64,000 nt of DNA, taken from contig JBEIPA010000006.1 in NCBI GenBank assembly GCA_040377305.1, positions 166,770 through 230,769 of the forward strand, written 5' to 3'. A model generated the notes under the pieces. That model searched no databases. It had not been told where the DNA came from and was given only the letters and a program-made list of their open reading frames with translations. The stretch is from Flavobacteriales bacterium (GTDB lineage Bacteria > Bacteroidota > Bacteroidia > Palsa-965). Within the stretch, counting starts at the first letter, position 1; every line of letters starts with the position of its first letter. Shown here one piece after another: positions 48,228 through 58,690 of this stretch. The position numbers and the translations under genes were made by a program.

Positions 48228-48378
48228 GAATCGATCACAGCTCGCGTGAGAACCAAGACCATGGCAGTGTCGGGATTGGGATCCCGACACCACATTGTGA
48301 GAAACAGATCGCAGCTCATGTGAGAACCAAGACCGTGGCAGAGTCGGGATTGGGATCCCGACGCTACGTTGTGAGAAC
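48222..48378 (-). repeat. Two ~74-bp tandem units with inverted REPs downstream of the RAYT gene
   Basis: Minus strand GTGG-tgtcggga-tcccaa-tcccgaca (48267-48293) and GTAG-cgtcggga-tcccaa-tcccgact (48341-48367). Confidence 0.88.
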
Positions 48379-48383
48379 GCTAG

Positions 48384-48415
48384 CCCCTCTCCTTTGGAGA
48401 GGGGTTGGGGTGAGG
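48384..48415. repeat. CCCCTCTCC-nnn-GGAGAGGGG-TTGGGGTGAGG palindromic repeat
   Basis: Perfect 9-bp stem plus GGGGTGAGG tail, a widespread REP-like element. Confidence 0.65.
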
Positions 48416-48466
48416 CTCTTTGTTTCTCGAAGAGCAGAACCACAATCAAAAGTTGGGTGGGTACCT

Positions 48467-50767
48467 TTACCTCACCACCTCGCCCTTCGCCTTCTTCTCC
48501 TCCTCCCACTTCCTCACCAACGCAAATCGAATCTCATCAAACGAATACGAATCTCCGAGATGCTCCCTGATCGGACCCGACTGCAATGTGCCTAACGCTT
48601 CTGCAGCCAAACGAATGTTCTGCAACTTCTCAGCATCAACAAAAAACTCCGCTTCGTAAATTCCTTTTCCCACTGCTTCGATGAGATGTCCGTTGATTGT
48701 AGTAACGGAAAGTTCGCGGGCGGCTGCAACTTCTTCAACGCTTTTGCCTTCTTCTATCAAAGCAAGTGTAAGCTTCATCGAGTCTCCTTTCGCCGGACGA
48801 CTCTTCACGCCGCCGCGAAAAGCACCAGAACGTTGGCGTTTGCGTAATGGAGTTTCCGTTTCCTCCTCCTCCCGGTCACTCCCATAACTGGGAGACTCTT
48901 CTGCAGCATACAATTCTTCGCGCTGAACTTCCTTCCGATTCATCTGCGCGTTGAGAATAATTTCCGCGCAATCGAACATGTGAAGTTGATTACTCACAGA
49001 ATCACGCAAGTCATTCAGACTGTCACGATAGGCTTTTGCTTTTTTCTCGTCTTCAATTACCTTCAACTGCTTGTCAATCGTTTCAATCGTCTCCTTGATC
49101 AGCGGAGTGAAGTATTGTTTCGCGGCATCAATACGCGACTTAAGCAAATCCCAGTCATTGCCGATTCGCTTTACTTGTGCAACAAAACGTTCAGAAGTAA
49201 CTTCCGCAGGTTGCAAATCATTCACGAGCGATCGCGCCCATGTACGATAACGGGTGTGCATAGTTTTAGCTTTGCCATTGCTTCCGTTATCTACAAACTG
49301 CATCATGATTTCGAGCAGCGGTTTCAGATCGAATTTGCTTGCAACATACTCCTGCACGTAGTTCTTCGATTCGGCAACAAGTATTTTCTCCAGCAACTCC
49401 GGAGCTTCCTGCTGATCCTGATACCATTTCACGTTCTGGTCCTGACGAAGCGATTGATAATTTACTTTCGATGAAAGCACCAATCCGTCCAACGATCGCA
49501 AACGCGACAACGCAACATAAATCTGTCCCGGCGCAAATGCCTGCTCAAGATCAATAATCGCTTTCGGGAAAGTCAAGCCCTGACTCTTATGCACCGTGAT
49601 TGCCCACGCAAGCTTCACCGGAAACTGTGTGAACTTTCCAATGCTCTTCGGAAAAACAGCATTGCCCCTTCCCGGAACGAAATCAATATTCTCCCAGGTG
49701 TGTTTACCGAGCCAATAGGTTTTGCCATCTTCAAATTCAACCTGGATAGAATCGTTATCGTGTCCGATAGCTAAAAGCTTCCCGATTTTTCCGTTGAAGT
49801 ACTTTTTTTCTCTGTCGTTAACGGTGAACATAATCTGCGCACCAATCTTCAACTCCAGATCAAAATCAACCGGATACATTTTCTCAGGAAAAACATCTTC
49901 AATTTCCGCTGCGAAGCGTACGACACTCGTCTTCAGCTTATGAAGCGCCGCATTGTTGATTGAATCTGCTTTGTGATTATGTGTCGTAAGCTGAATGTAA
50001 TTGTCCTGTGGAATTCCGTAGTATCCCGGCTTGTAATAATTGTTCAGCAGAGCAATATCCTTCGCGCTGACTTTATTGTTGCGCAGATTATTCAGGACAG
50101 AAATAAATGTTTCATCCGACTGGCGATAAATTTTATCCAGCTCAATGGTCACCGGCGGATGCTGACGCAGCACTTGCGCATCGAAAAAGAACGCCGTTGA
50201 ATAATGCTTGCGAAGTTCTGCCCACTCGTCGTCTTTCACCACTGGGGGAAGTTGTTGCAAATCGCCAATGAACAAAACCTGCACACCACCGAACGGACGG
50301 TTATGTGCTCTGCGAACTGATTTCAGAACGGTGTCAATTGCGTCGAGCAGATCCGCACGTAACATACTCACTTCATCAATCACCAGTAACTCGAGATGGC
50401 GAAGTACTTTTATTTTATCGCGGCTCATGCGTTGCTGACTGATGAGCGTATATGCGTTGTAGAATCGTTTCGGATCGTCAACCTCCGGACGTTCGCCATT
50501 GGGAATAAAGCTGCATGGCGGAATCTGAAACTGCGAATGAATGGTTGTTCCCTTCGCATTGATCGCTGCAATTCCCGTTGGAGCAACTACAATAATATTC
50601 TTGTAGGTCGCGTCGCGCAGTTCACGCAGGAAAGTTGTTTTGCCCGTTCCGGCTTTACCGGTGAGGAAAATATTACGACTGGTGCTGTTGATGAATTTCG
50701 CCGCAAGAGCAGCGTTGGAGTTTGTTTCGATGATGCCCGTATGGAGCGATGACGGTGTTGTGCTCAT
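48467..50767 (-). CDS. PIF1/RecD-like SF1 helicase with C-terminal helix-turn-helix
   Basis: TGKAGTGKTT, APTGIAA, IDEVSM, GDLQQLPPV, YRQ, AWAITVHKSQG, YVALSR; C-terminal VEEVAAARELSVTTINGHL. Confidence 0.92.
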   Translation of the reverse strand: MSTTPSSLHTGIIETNSNAALAAKFINSTSRNIFLTGKAGTGKTTFLRELRDATYKNIIVVAPTGIAAINAKGTTIHSQFQIPPCSFIPNGERPEVDDPKRFYNAYTLISQQRMSRDKIKVLRHLELLVIDEVSMLRADLLDAIDTVLKSVRRAHNRPFGGVQVLFIGDLQQLPPVVKDDEWAELRKHYSTAFFFDAQVLRQHPPVTIELDKIYRQSDETFISVLNNLRNNKVSAKDIALLNNYYKPGYYGIPQDNYIQLTTHNHKADSINNAALHKLKTSVVRFAAEIEDVFPEKMYPVDFDLELKIGAQIMFTVNDREKKYFNGKIGKLLAIGHDNDSIQVEFEDGKTYWLGKHTWENIDFVPGRGNAVFPKSIGKFTQFPVKLAWAITVHKSQGLTFPKAIIDLEQAFAPGQIYVALSRLRSLDGLVLSSKVNYQSLRQDQNVKWYQDQQEAPELLEKILVAESKNYVQEYVASKFDLKPLLEIMMQFVDNGSNGKAKTMHTRYRTWARSLVNDLQPAEVTSERFVAQVKRIGNDWDLLKSRIDAAKQYFTPLIKETIETIDKQLKVIEDEKKAKAYRDSLNDLRDSVSNQLHMFDCAEIILNAQMNRKEVQREELYAAEESPSYGSDREEEETETPLRKRQRSGAFRGGVKSRPAKGDSMKLTLALIEEGKSVEEVAAARELSVTTINGHLIEAVGKGIYEAEFFVDAEKLQNIRLAAEALGTLQSGPIREHLGDSYSFDEIRFALVRKWEEEKKAKGEVVR

Positions 50768-50917
50768 AAAATCTCATTTAAAATTTAAACTGTTTGATAT
50801 AGACCTAATGTGAAAAATATAGGATTGATAAGGCAAATGTAAAACGGATTTTTGAGATAGGCGTTTACAAACGTTTGAAAACGGATAAATGCAAATGCTG
50901 GGGAATTTGGGGTATAC

Positions 50918-51013
50918 TACGCGTGCGCGGGTAACGCTGCAAGGGTTAAGCCCTTGAAGGGTTACGCGTGCGCGCGCGCGCGAACCCTGCAGGAGTTAAA
51001 CGCTTGCGGGGTT
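50918..51013. repeat. Two degenerate palindromes AACCCTGCAAGG-N-CCTTGCAGGGTT with (GC)n spacers
   Basis: taacgctgcaagggttaagcccttgaagggtta and aaccctgcaggagttaaacgcttgcggggtt, each preceded by tacgcgtgcgcg. Confidence 0.6.
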
Positions 51014-51015
51014 GA

Positions 51016-51477
51016 CTATTCCGGAGTCGGAATACGCCAGTAACGCCTCGCCTTAATTTCTTCCACGACCTTCGTCAGGTGTAACTTCTCCGCACCCGCA
51101 ACTTGAACGGTAAATCGACTAGTATTCAAATCGCCCTTCTCCTTGTCAATAAAATAAAACAGGGTGCCGCTTCCTCGACCGCCATGTGAAACACTCACTA
51201 TCCAATGATTTGAGCTATCTGTCGCAATCCAGTTCAATCGCTTGTGTGGCAAATTTCGATACGCGATACATCCTTTCTGATATCTCCTGCCTGGATTCGC
51301 AATATCAGCAACAGATTGAATTCCGAGAATGGAGAATAGTTCTTGCGGAATACTCTTCTTGTCATAATGAACAGTAAATGCTGACGGATTCACATGATGT
51401 ATCCACGTGACGCTTGTGTCTTGTGCGATCAACTGTTTGGCAAGAACAAGAAACATTACTATGGTGAAACTTCTCAT
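51016..51477 (-). CDS. Hypothetical secreted protein
   Basis: Signal peptide; IANPG..YQKGC..LPHKRL, HGGRG. Confidence 0.6.
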   Translation of the reverse strand: MRSFTIVMFLVLAKQLIAQDTSVTWIHHVNPSAFTVHYDKKSIPQELFSILGIQSVADIANPGRRYQKGCIAYRNLPHKRLNWIATDSSNHWIVSVSHGGRGSGTLFYFIDKEKGDLNTSRFTVQVAGAEKLHLTKVVEEIKARRYWRIPTPE

Positions 51478-51541
51478 ACGACATCGATGCTACAAACTAA
51501 TTTATTCAGTCCGACCAATCGGGTCAGGTCTAATGCTCAAA

Positions 51542-52999
51542 TCACTTATACGCATCACACTTCCCACTCCCCTTAATCAACTCCAACGCCTTCTCCAGCA
51601 TAGGATTCCTGAAATTTATATAATCCTCTGGTGTTGGCACAACCTCGTAATCCGGAATTACCCCGTGTCCATCATTCGCAATGTCACTCTTGTTCACACC
51701 TTGTATAGTTGACAAACGCACACGTAACTTCGTATTCGGCAATTCAAAATCCTGTCCGAATACATTTCCACCAGACACCACGCGATTCGCTCCCGACTCT
51801 TCTCCAATAAATGTTGCACGATTATAATAATCCAGACACGCCGCAAAATCTCCTGCCGTCGATGTGCTTCCGCCGTCCATCAGCACGTACAGATTTCCTG
51901 TATAGCAATATTTCTCCGGCGAAAATGTTCCGATTCCACAATACGGATACCATTGTGTACGCGTCCGTTTGTCTTCGTCGTTCCAATGAAGACGCTCTAC
52001 CGTTTTGTATTTCTCAATGTACACGTACTGTTTGTCGATGAGATGAGAAATCAAATACCGCGCGTACTCCGGATTTCCACCACCATTGTCGCGCACATCA
52101 ATAATCAGATTCTTCACAGGTGCATTCCTGATTGTCCGAAAACAATTGTGAATGACTTTCCGAAACGATTCGTCTTTCGATTTGGCGCCACTCCTTACAA
52201 ACGAACGGATACGCATAATCGCGATGGAAGAATCTTCACGGAAACGCAACGTGATAGTCGAATCTTTTCTGCCGGTGATATATCGCGTAGGATAATACTT
52301 GTACGCGTTGTACCACATGCTGTCGACCGTAGTTGCGGAAATTGTGTGCGACATCTCGCTACCTCCCGACGGCTTATAGACCACGTTGAACGAATCAACT
52401 GTTTCGATACAATACGTATAGAAATACGAGAAGAAATTGTTTACGACCCAATGCACACGCGATTGATTATATCCGTCGCGTGGTGCATACGGACGCATAC
52501 GATCGAGAATTTCTGCAGTTGGTTTGCCGTTGATGGAAAGAATTTCGGAACCATCCGGAATAGTTCTGTCGGGAGAAGCGCATAAATCTGTGATTAGCTT
52601 TCCGGTGTTGCAGGTAATCAGCAATGGAAGGAACAGCTTCTGATTTCCATACCACCACTCCCCATTCTCGTTGGGGAAAACCGATGTATGCGCGTCCTTG
52701 ATGCGTGCTGTGATCGGACCAAGTAGCCGATAGAACTCCATGTCGGTCATTGGAGCAATAATCACTTTCGAAAGAGAATCGAAATACTTGTCCATCTCCG
52801 CCTTGGTGTTGTAGAGATAAAGATTCGGATTGTGTCGTTCGTATTTCGCGCGGAGTGCAGCGAGGTCGTGCTTCAATTCTTTTACACTGTACTTTCGCGT
52901 TGCATCATAAGATGTATCCGGTTTACTTTCTGCGAAGAATGAATCGTTAAAGGAAAAGCTACAGAATAAAACGAAGAAAAGAGGCGCGACCCATTTCAT
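51542..52999 (-). CDS. S41-family peptidase
   Basis: IKDAHT, EILSINGK, LIIDVRDNGGGN, GGSTSTA, IGEESG, GVIPD. Confidence 0.9.
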   Translation of the reverse strand: MKWVAPLFFVLFCSFSFNDSFFAESKPDTSYDATRKYSVKELKHDLAALRAKYERHNPNLYLYNTKAEMDKYFDSLSKVIIAPMTDMEFYRLLGPITARIKDAHTSVFPNENGEWWYGNQKLFLPLLITCNTGKLITDLCASPDRTIPDGSEILSINGKPTAEILDRMRPYAPRDGYNQSRVHWVVNNFFSYFYTYCIETVDSFNVVYKPSGGSEMSHTISATTVDSMWYNAYKYYPTRYITGRKDSTITLRFREDSSIAIMRIRSFVRSGAKSKDESFRKVIHNCFRTIRNAPVKNLIIDVRDNGGGNPEYARYLISHLIDKQYVYIEKYKTVERLHWNDEDKRTRTQWYPYCGIGTFSPEKYCYTGNLYVLMDGGSTSTAGDFAACLDYYNRATFIGEESGANRVVSGGNVFGQDFELPNTKLRVRLSTIQGVNKSDIANDGHGVIPDYEVVPTPEDYINFRNPMLEKALELIKGSGKCDAYK

Positions 53000-53026
53000 A
53001 CTATGAATTTACGAAATGCGTCTGTT

Positions 53027-53057
53027 AAACCTTAAAGGTTTTTAAACCTTAAGGTTT
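53027..53057. repeat. REP-like palindrome (ACCTTAAAGGT family) containing the upstream gene's stop codon
   Basis: aaaccttaaaggtttttaaaccttaaggttt. Confidence 0.65.
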
Positions 53058-53624
53058 TACGGTGAAGAATACTGGAAACGTAGGGTCAGCAAAAGCAACC
53101 CGATCAAAATTATACCGGTACGCCGCGTAGGCTTCATTCGCAATACCGATGTCAAGTCCGAAACACGCATTGCCCGGGAAGAAAACGCGGTAGCCAATGT
53201 ATTCGCCGTTTCGGGTGGGAGAATAACTCAAATCAATTTCCGGAGTTACTTGTTTTGAACGGGTTTTATTGCGCCCGTTAATTCCCCAACGAAGCAATGT
53301 TTTGTTTGCTCCCGCGCGAAACATAAATGAGTTATCTGAGAACATCAATGCGCCGGCACTCAATGAGCGATACCAGGTTTGCGTATACATTTCTCCCTTC
53401 GAATAAAACCACGTTGCGTTGGTGTACAACCCGGTTGCAGTTTTTCCACTGCCGATGTCAAACACAAATGGACTGTAGCTCAACTCAGCTCCAAAAGAAA
53501 TTCCCGCGCCGAAGATGTAGCCCGCATGCACACCGGGAATAACCATGCCGGGACGAAAGTCGAATGCGTTGACTTTTGCTGAGATAGAAAGGAGAAGAAG
53601 GATGGAGAGGAGATGTGTTTTCAT
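53049..53624 (-). CDS. Hypothetical exported, beta-rich (possibly outer-membrane) protein
   Basis: MKTHLLSILLLLSISAKVNA signal peptide and alternating beta-strand pattern; start trimmed to remove the overlap with the J-domain gene. Confidence 0.6.
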   Translation of the reverse strand: MKTHLLSILLLLSISAKVNAFDFRPGMVIPGVHAGYIFGAGISFGAELSYSPFVFDIGSGKTATGLYTNATWFYSKGEMYTQTWYRSLSAGALMFSDNSFMFRAGANKTLLRWGINGRNKTRSKQVTPEIDLSYSPTRNGEYIGYRVFFPGNACFGLDIGIANEAYAAYRYNFDRVAFADPTFPVFFTVKP

Positions 53625-53697
53625 GTGCGCGTTTGGAAATATAACCTCAGCTTCCGAAAAAGATACGAGTTTTCGACTTCCGAAGAATGCCCTACGC

Positions 53698-54306
53698 TCA
53701 CCCAACCGTGTTTCTTCCCCAACGCAACTTATGCTTAGGCAGAAAGTAATCGCGTATCTCCGTGTAATCGTAGTCGTCTCGGTCTCCAAAAGTCATTTCT
53801 GACTGCATGCGCAGCTTGTATGAGTAAAACCCAATCGACAAAATACCGTAGAGAACGAATCCAGAGAGAATAAAGCAGGAAAGCGGGTCAAGCTGAGGAA
53901 TGAACCATGGCACAAAAATCCCTGCAGAAACGAGAACGGTGATCACCCTCCACTTCTTCACTCTACCTTCAGACAGAGATTTTTTCTCTGCGAATTCCGG
54001 GTCACGTCTAATTTTCGCCCGTTCAGATAAATATTTTTCACGGTATAGCTCCTTCGTTGTTTTCCTTCGTGCTTGTGGCGGTGGCGTACTCGTTGTTCTT
54101 CTTTTCGTCGTGAAAGTGACACGCGGAGCTTTCCGTTCTCCGTTCAGAATATCATACGCTTCTGTGATCTCGATAAACTTTCCATGCGCTTCGGGCGATG
54201 AATTCTTGTCGGGATGCCAGAGTAGAACAAGCTGACGATACTTCCTTCGGATCTCGTCTTTGGAAGCTGTCGGCGGCAATCCTAAAACAGCGTAGTACTT
54301 GTTCAT
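53698..54306 (-). CDS. J-domain (DnaJ-like) membrane protein
   Basis: YYAVLGL..IRRKYRQLVLLWHPDKN..FIEITEAYDIL; two C-terminal TM helices. Confidence 0.88.
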   Translation of the reverse strand: MNKYYAVLGLPPTASKDEIRRKYRQLVLLWHPDKNSSPEAHGKFIEITEAYDILNGERKAPRVTFTTKRRTTSTPPPQARRKTTKELYREKYLSERAKIRRDPEFAEKKSLSEGRVKKWRVITVLVSAGIFVPWFIPQLDPLSCFILSGFVLYGILSIGFYSYKLRMQSEMTFGDRDDYDYTEIRDYFLPKHKLRWGRNTVG

Positions 54307-54323
54307 CGGAGAATTGATCTAAG

Positions 54324-54355
54324 AAAAAAGCCCCAGTTTTTAGCTGAGACTTTTT
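54324..54355 (-). terminator. Terminator after infB
   Basis: aaaaaagccccag-ttttta-gctgagacttttt hairpin with T-tracts on both sides. Confidence 0.7.
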
Positions 54356-54388
54356 ATTACTTCAAGTATACTCGTGACGCCGCTGCGA

Positions 54389-57265
54389 CTACAGCTTGCG
54401 CTTCACCTCGACCATATCGTAACCTTCAATGAGGTCACCGGTCTGGATGTCTTCGAACTTATCAATGTTCAATCCACACTCGTATCCTGCAGAAACTTCT
54501 TTCACATCGTCTTTGAATCGCTTCAATGAACCGAGTGATCCGTCGTGCAACACAATTCCGTTACGGATGAGGCGAATCTTCGTGTGACGATTAACTTTTC
54601 CGTCAAGCACATAACAACCTGCAATCGTTCCGACTTTTGAAATCTTGAACACGTCGCGAACTTCGATGTTGCAAACCACTTTCTCTTCGAACTCTGGCGC
54701 AAGCATTCCTTCCATCGCAGCCTTGAGCTCTTCGATTGCCTTGTAGATAACCGAGTACAGACGAATATCGATCTGCTCTGTTTCAGCAAGCTTCTTCGCG
54801 CTCACGGATGGACGAACCTGGAATCCGATGATGATTGCATTCGATGCCGAAGCAAGGAGTACATCTGATTCGGAAATTGCTCCGACACCTTTCAAGAGAA
54901 TACGAATTGCAATTTTCTCTGTAGAAAGTTTCAGCAACGAATCCGAAAGTGCTTCGATAGATCCATCCACGTCACCTTTCACGATGATGTTAAGCTCTTT
55001 AAAGTCACCAATCGCAAGACGACGGCCGATTTCATCGAGTGTAATATGTTTCGTAGTACGGATCTGCTGCTCGCGCTGTAATTGTAAACGGCGTGTAGCA
55101 ATATCACGTGCTTCGCGTTCGTCTTCCATTACGTGGAACTTATCACCCGCTTGTGGTGCACCGCTCAGACCAAGAATCTGTACCGGCGTTGATGGACCTG
55201 CTACTTCAACATGTCCGCCACGTTCGTTCTGCATTGCTTTCACGCGACCAGAATAACAACCTGCAAGAACCACATCACCAACTTTCAGTGTTCCGTTCTC
55301 GACGAGAATTGTTGCCGTGTACCCGCGTCCTTTATCGAGTGTTGATTCGATAATGGTTCCGCTTGCACGCTTATCAGGATTCGCTTTCAACTGGAGCATT
55401 TCTGCTTCGAGCAATACTTTCTCGAGGAGGCTATCAATGTTCAGACCTTTCTTCGCAGAAATTTCCTGACACTGGAATTTGCCGCCCCACTCTTCTACGA
55501 GAATGTTCATCGCAGAAAGTCCTTCACGAATCTTATCCGGATTTGCACCCGCTTTATCAATCTTGTTAATCGCAAATACAATCGGTACACCCGCAGCCTG
55601 TGCGTGGTTGATTGCCTCTGTGGTTTGCGGCATGATGCTGTCGTCTGCTGCAACTACAATGATTGCAACGTCTGTAACCTGCGCACCACGTGCACGCATC
55701 GCGGTAAACGCTTCGTGACCCGGAGTATCGAGGAACGTAATGTGTTTTCCGTTCTCCATGGTTACACCGTAAGCCCCGATATGCTGTGTGATTCCACCGG
55801 CCTCACCTGCAATAACGTTTGCTTTACGGATATAATCCAGCAATGATGTTTTACCGTGATCGACGTGACCCATTACAGTCACAATCGGAGGACGATCCAT
55901 CAATTGATCAGGAGTATCTTCTTCTTCGCGAATTGCTTCCTGAACTTCTACGCTAACGAATTCTACTTTGAATCCGAATTCTTCAGCAAGAAGTGAAATT
56001 GTTTCTGCATCGAGACGCTGGTTGATCGAAACGAACAAGCCAAGTGTCATACACGTTGCAATAATCTTTGTTACAGGAAGACCCATCATCGACGCAAGCT
56101 GGCTGGCCGTAACGAACTCCGTTACTTTCAGTGTGCTCTTGTCAACAGCTGCCTGCTCCTGCTCATCCGCCATACGATCGCGGATTTCATCACGCTTCTC
56201 ACGACGATATTTGGAAGCTTTGGATTTTCCTTGACCGCTTAGACGTGCAAGTGTTTCCTTAATCTGCTTCTGAATTTCTTCTTCTGTAAGTTCCGCTTTC
56301 GGTGTAGGCGTGTAACGATTGCCGCCCGCCGGTGCACCACCTGGTCCACGACGTTGGCCGTTTCCGCTTTGACCCGGAATAAATCTATTTTGCTGAGCGA
56401 TCTGACTTACGTCAACCGGCCCGTCTTTACGAATGCGTTTGCGCTTTTTCTTCTTGTCAGTTTCGAACTGCGCGTTAGAAGATGCAACTGGTTTCTTCTT
56501 CTCTTCTTTCACAGGCAACTCAATCTTGCCCATGATTTTTGGTCCTTCCAGTTTTTCAACTGAACGACGGTAAAGCGTTGCTTCTTCTGGTTTAGCTTCT
56601 TCCTGAGGAACTACAACTGCAACCGGTACTTCGGGAATAACCGGTGCAACAGGCTCAACCACAGCAACAGGTTCAACCACTGCAACAGGAACTTCCACCA
56701 CTGGTGCAACCGGTTCTTCAACTACTGCAACAGGTTCTTCTGTTTTCTTCTTAGTCGATTTTTTCTTCGGCGCTTCTTCTTCACTTTCATTTGCAGCCGC
56801 CGCTTTTTTCTTCTTCGGTTTTTCTTCGAGGTCGATCTTGTTCACCACCGTCACGCCCACCTTATCGGCTTTCGCGCGAATTACTTCTTCTTCCTTCGGC
56901 TCAACAGGCTTCTCTTCCTTCTTCTTCGTTTTCGGAGTTGGCGCTTTTGTTTCGTTGAGATCCTTAATCAGGACCTCGTCACTCTTGCCGTCGCGATCAC
57001 GTTTATCGGACTTCGGCGCTTCCTCATCAAGAATCAAAGATTCTTTTCGGATGCGGGTAGTCGAAGTAACCTTAATTGCTTCTTCTTTTTCAGCACGATC
57101 CTGCTCAAACTCGTTGAGGAGTTCACGGTAAGCCGCTTCTGTGATCTTAGCGTTGGGATTACGTTCCACAGCAATGTCCTGCCCCTTGAGGAAGTCAATG
57201 ATGTGATCCATTGAAACGTTCAGTTCACGGATTACTTTGCTAAGACGAATTGTTCCTTCTGTCAT
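54389..57265 (-). CDS. infB: Translation initiation factor IF-2
   Basis: [63 protein letters not shown]. Confidence 0.99.
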   Translation of the reverse strand: MTEGTIRLSKVIRELNVSMDHIIDFLKGQDIAVERNPNAKITEAAYRELLNEFEQDRAEKEEAIKVTSTTRIRKESLILDEEAPKSDKRDRDGKSDEVLIKDLNETKAPTPKTKKKEEKPVEPKEEEVIRAKADKVGVTVVNKIDLEEKPKKKKAAAANESEEEAPKKKSTKKKTEEPVAVVEEPVAPVVEVPVAVVEPVAVVEPVAPVIPEVPVAVVVPQEEAKPEEATLYRRSVEKLEGPKIMGKIELPVKEEKKKPVASSNAQFETDKKKKRKRIRKDGPVDVSQIAQQNRFIPGQSGNGQRRGPGGAPAGGNRYTPTPKAELTEEEIQKQIKETLARLSGQGKSKASKYRREKRDEIRDRMADEQEQAAVDKSTLKVTEFVTASQLASMMGLPVTKIIATCMTLGLFVSINQRLDAETISLLAEEFGFKVEFVSVEVQEAIREEEDTPDQLMDRPPIVTVMGHVDHGKTSLLDYIRKANVIAGEAGGITQHIGAYGVTMENGKHITFLDTPGHEAFTAMRARGAQVTDVAIIVVAADDSIMPQTTEAINHAQAAGVPIVFAINKIDKAGANPDKIREGLSAMNILVEEWGGKFQCQEISAKKGLNIDSLLEKVLLEAEMLQLKANPDKRASGTIIESTLDKGRGYTATILVENGTLKVGDVVLAGCYSGRVKAMQNERGGHVEVAGPSTPVQILGLSGAPQAGDKFHVMEDEREARDIATRRLQLQREQQIRTTKHITLDEIGRRLAIGDFKELNIIVKGDVDGSIEALSDSLLKLSTEKIAIRILLKGVGAISESDVLLASASNAIIIGFQVRPSVSAKKLAETEQIDIRLYSVIYKAIEELKAAMEGMLAPEFEEKVVCNIEVRDVFKISKVGTIAGCYVLDGKVNRHTKIRLIRNGIVLHDGSLGSLKRFKDDVKEVSAGYECGLNIDKFEDIQTGDLIEGYDMVEVKRKL

Positions 57266-57391
57266 AAATGTGCCGACCAACCTGGCCGACGAGGTACAAA
57301 TATCGGAAAAACATAGCTTATCGTGGCGCTCTTTGCTTGTGGTGTTTGGAACCCAATCCCTACACTGCCACGATCCGCTTTTCCGATCGAT

Positions 57392-58642
57392 TTATTCAAA
57401 TTCTGACCGGAGAATGCGCTTCACTTCCTTGACAGTTTCCTCTTCAAGGTCAGTACGCTTCACCAGCTCCTCATCGCTGAGCTCAAGAACAGATTTCGCT
57501 GTGTCACAGCCAATCGCCTTAAACTGATCGATGATCCATGCTTCAATTTCATCCGAGAAGTCGTCAATGCTAACGTCTTCCACATCTTCATCCGTATCAC
57601 GGTAAACGTCGATTTCGTAACCGGTCAAACGACCTGCAAGACGAATATTGTGTCCGCCTTTACCAATTGCCAGGGAAACCTGGTCGGGCTTCAGGAACAC
57701 TTCCGCACGCTTATTTTCTTCATCCAGTTTGATCGAAGTAATCTTCGCCGGGCTCAATGCACGCTGAATCAAAAGCTGTGCATTTGCCGTGAAGTTGATT
57801 ACGTCGATATTCTCATTGCGGAGCTCGCGAACGATTCCGTGGATACGTGAACCTTTCATACCTACGCATGCTCCAACCGGGTCAATACGATCGTCGTAAG
57901 ATTCAACCGCCACTTTCGCGCGCTCACCTGGCTCACGAACAATTTTCTTGATAGTGATAAGCCCGTCGTAAATCTCCGGAACTTCCATCTCGAACAATTT
58001 CTCCAGGAAAGAAGGAGCCGTGCGGGAAAGAATAATCACCGGTGAGTTGTTGCGCATGTCTACTTTGTAAACAACTGCACGAACGGCGTCACCTTTCTTG
58101 AAGAAGTCGCCAGGGATTTGTTCTGTTTTCGGAAGAATCAATTCGTTGCCCTCGTCATCGAGAACCATTGTTTCTTTCTTCCAAACCTGGTAAACTTCAC
58201 CTGCAATTACATCACCGATTCTGTCTTTGTACTTACGGTACAAAGCATCTTTTTCAAGATCAAGTACGCGCGACACAAGGTTCTGGCGGATTGCAAGAAC
58301 TGCACGGCGACCGAAATCGTCGAGCTTAATTTTATCTGTAACCTGCTCACCGATTTCGAAATCAGGCTCGATTTTCTGAGCTTCTTTCAATGCGATGTGC
58401 ATGTTTTCGTTGTAATCAAAACTGTCTTCTGCGAACTCGTCGTCAACGATTTCACGGTTGCGCCAGATCTCTAAGTCACCACGCTCCGGGTTAACGATTA
58501 CGTCAAAGTTTTCGTCGCTGCCCCAACGTTTGCGGATCATGCTACGAAATACGTCTTCAAGAATACTCATCAACGTTGCACGGTCGATGTTCTTCATGTC
58601 TTTGAATTCCGAGAAGGATTCAATCAGATTGATGTTTTCCAT
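57392..58642 (-). CDS. nusA: Transcription termination/antitermination factor NusA
   Basis: S1 and KH domains, REPGERAKVAV, IDPVGACVGMKGSRI, SLAIGKGGHN. Confidence 0.99.
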   Translation of the reverse strand: MENINLIESFSEFKDMKNIDRATLMSILEDVFRSMIRKRWGSDENFDVIVNPERGDLEIWRNREIVDDEFAEDSFDYNENMHIALKEAQKIEPDFEIGEQVTDKIKLDDFGRRAVLAIRQNLVSRVLDLEKDALYRKYKDRIGDVIAGEVYQVWKKETMVLDDEGNELILPKTEQIPGDFFKKGDAVRAVVYKVDMRNNSPVIILSRTAPSFLEKLFEMEVPEIYDGLITIKKIVREPGERAKVAVESYDDRIDPVGACVGMKGSRIHGIVRELRNENIDVINFTANAQLLIQRALSPAKITSIKLDEENKRAEVFLKPDQVSLAIGKGGHNIRLAGRLTGYEIDVYRDTDEDVEDVSIDDFSDEIEAWIIDQFKAIGCDTAKSVLELSDEELVKRTDLEEETVKEVKRILRSEFE

Positions 58643-58690
58643 TTTTAGTGGTATAAATCTTTACGCCGCCGTAGCGGACTATTTCTGTTA

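Noticed and set aside
47491-48378. Regularly spaced palindromic repeats as a mini CRISPR array
   Set aside because: Only two units per side, the spacers are also duplicated, there are no cas genes, and the repeats flank a RAYT, so they are REPs
48467-50767. PIF1-like helicase as a partner of the HUH transposase (Helitron-like pair)
   Set aside because: The genes are convergent, the helicase lies outside the REP boundaries, and this helicase family is common in Bacteroidota chromosomes; adjacency alone is weak evidence
56500-56960. Pro/Val/Glu- and Lys-rich repeats in infB
   Set aside because: Normal low-complexity N-terminal region of IF-2
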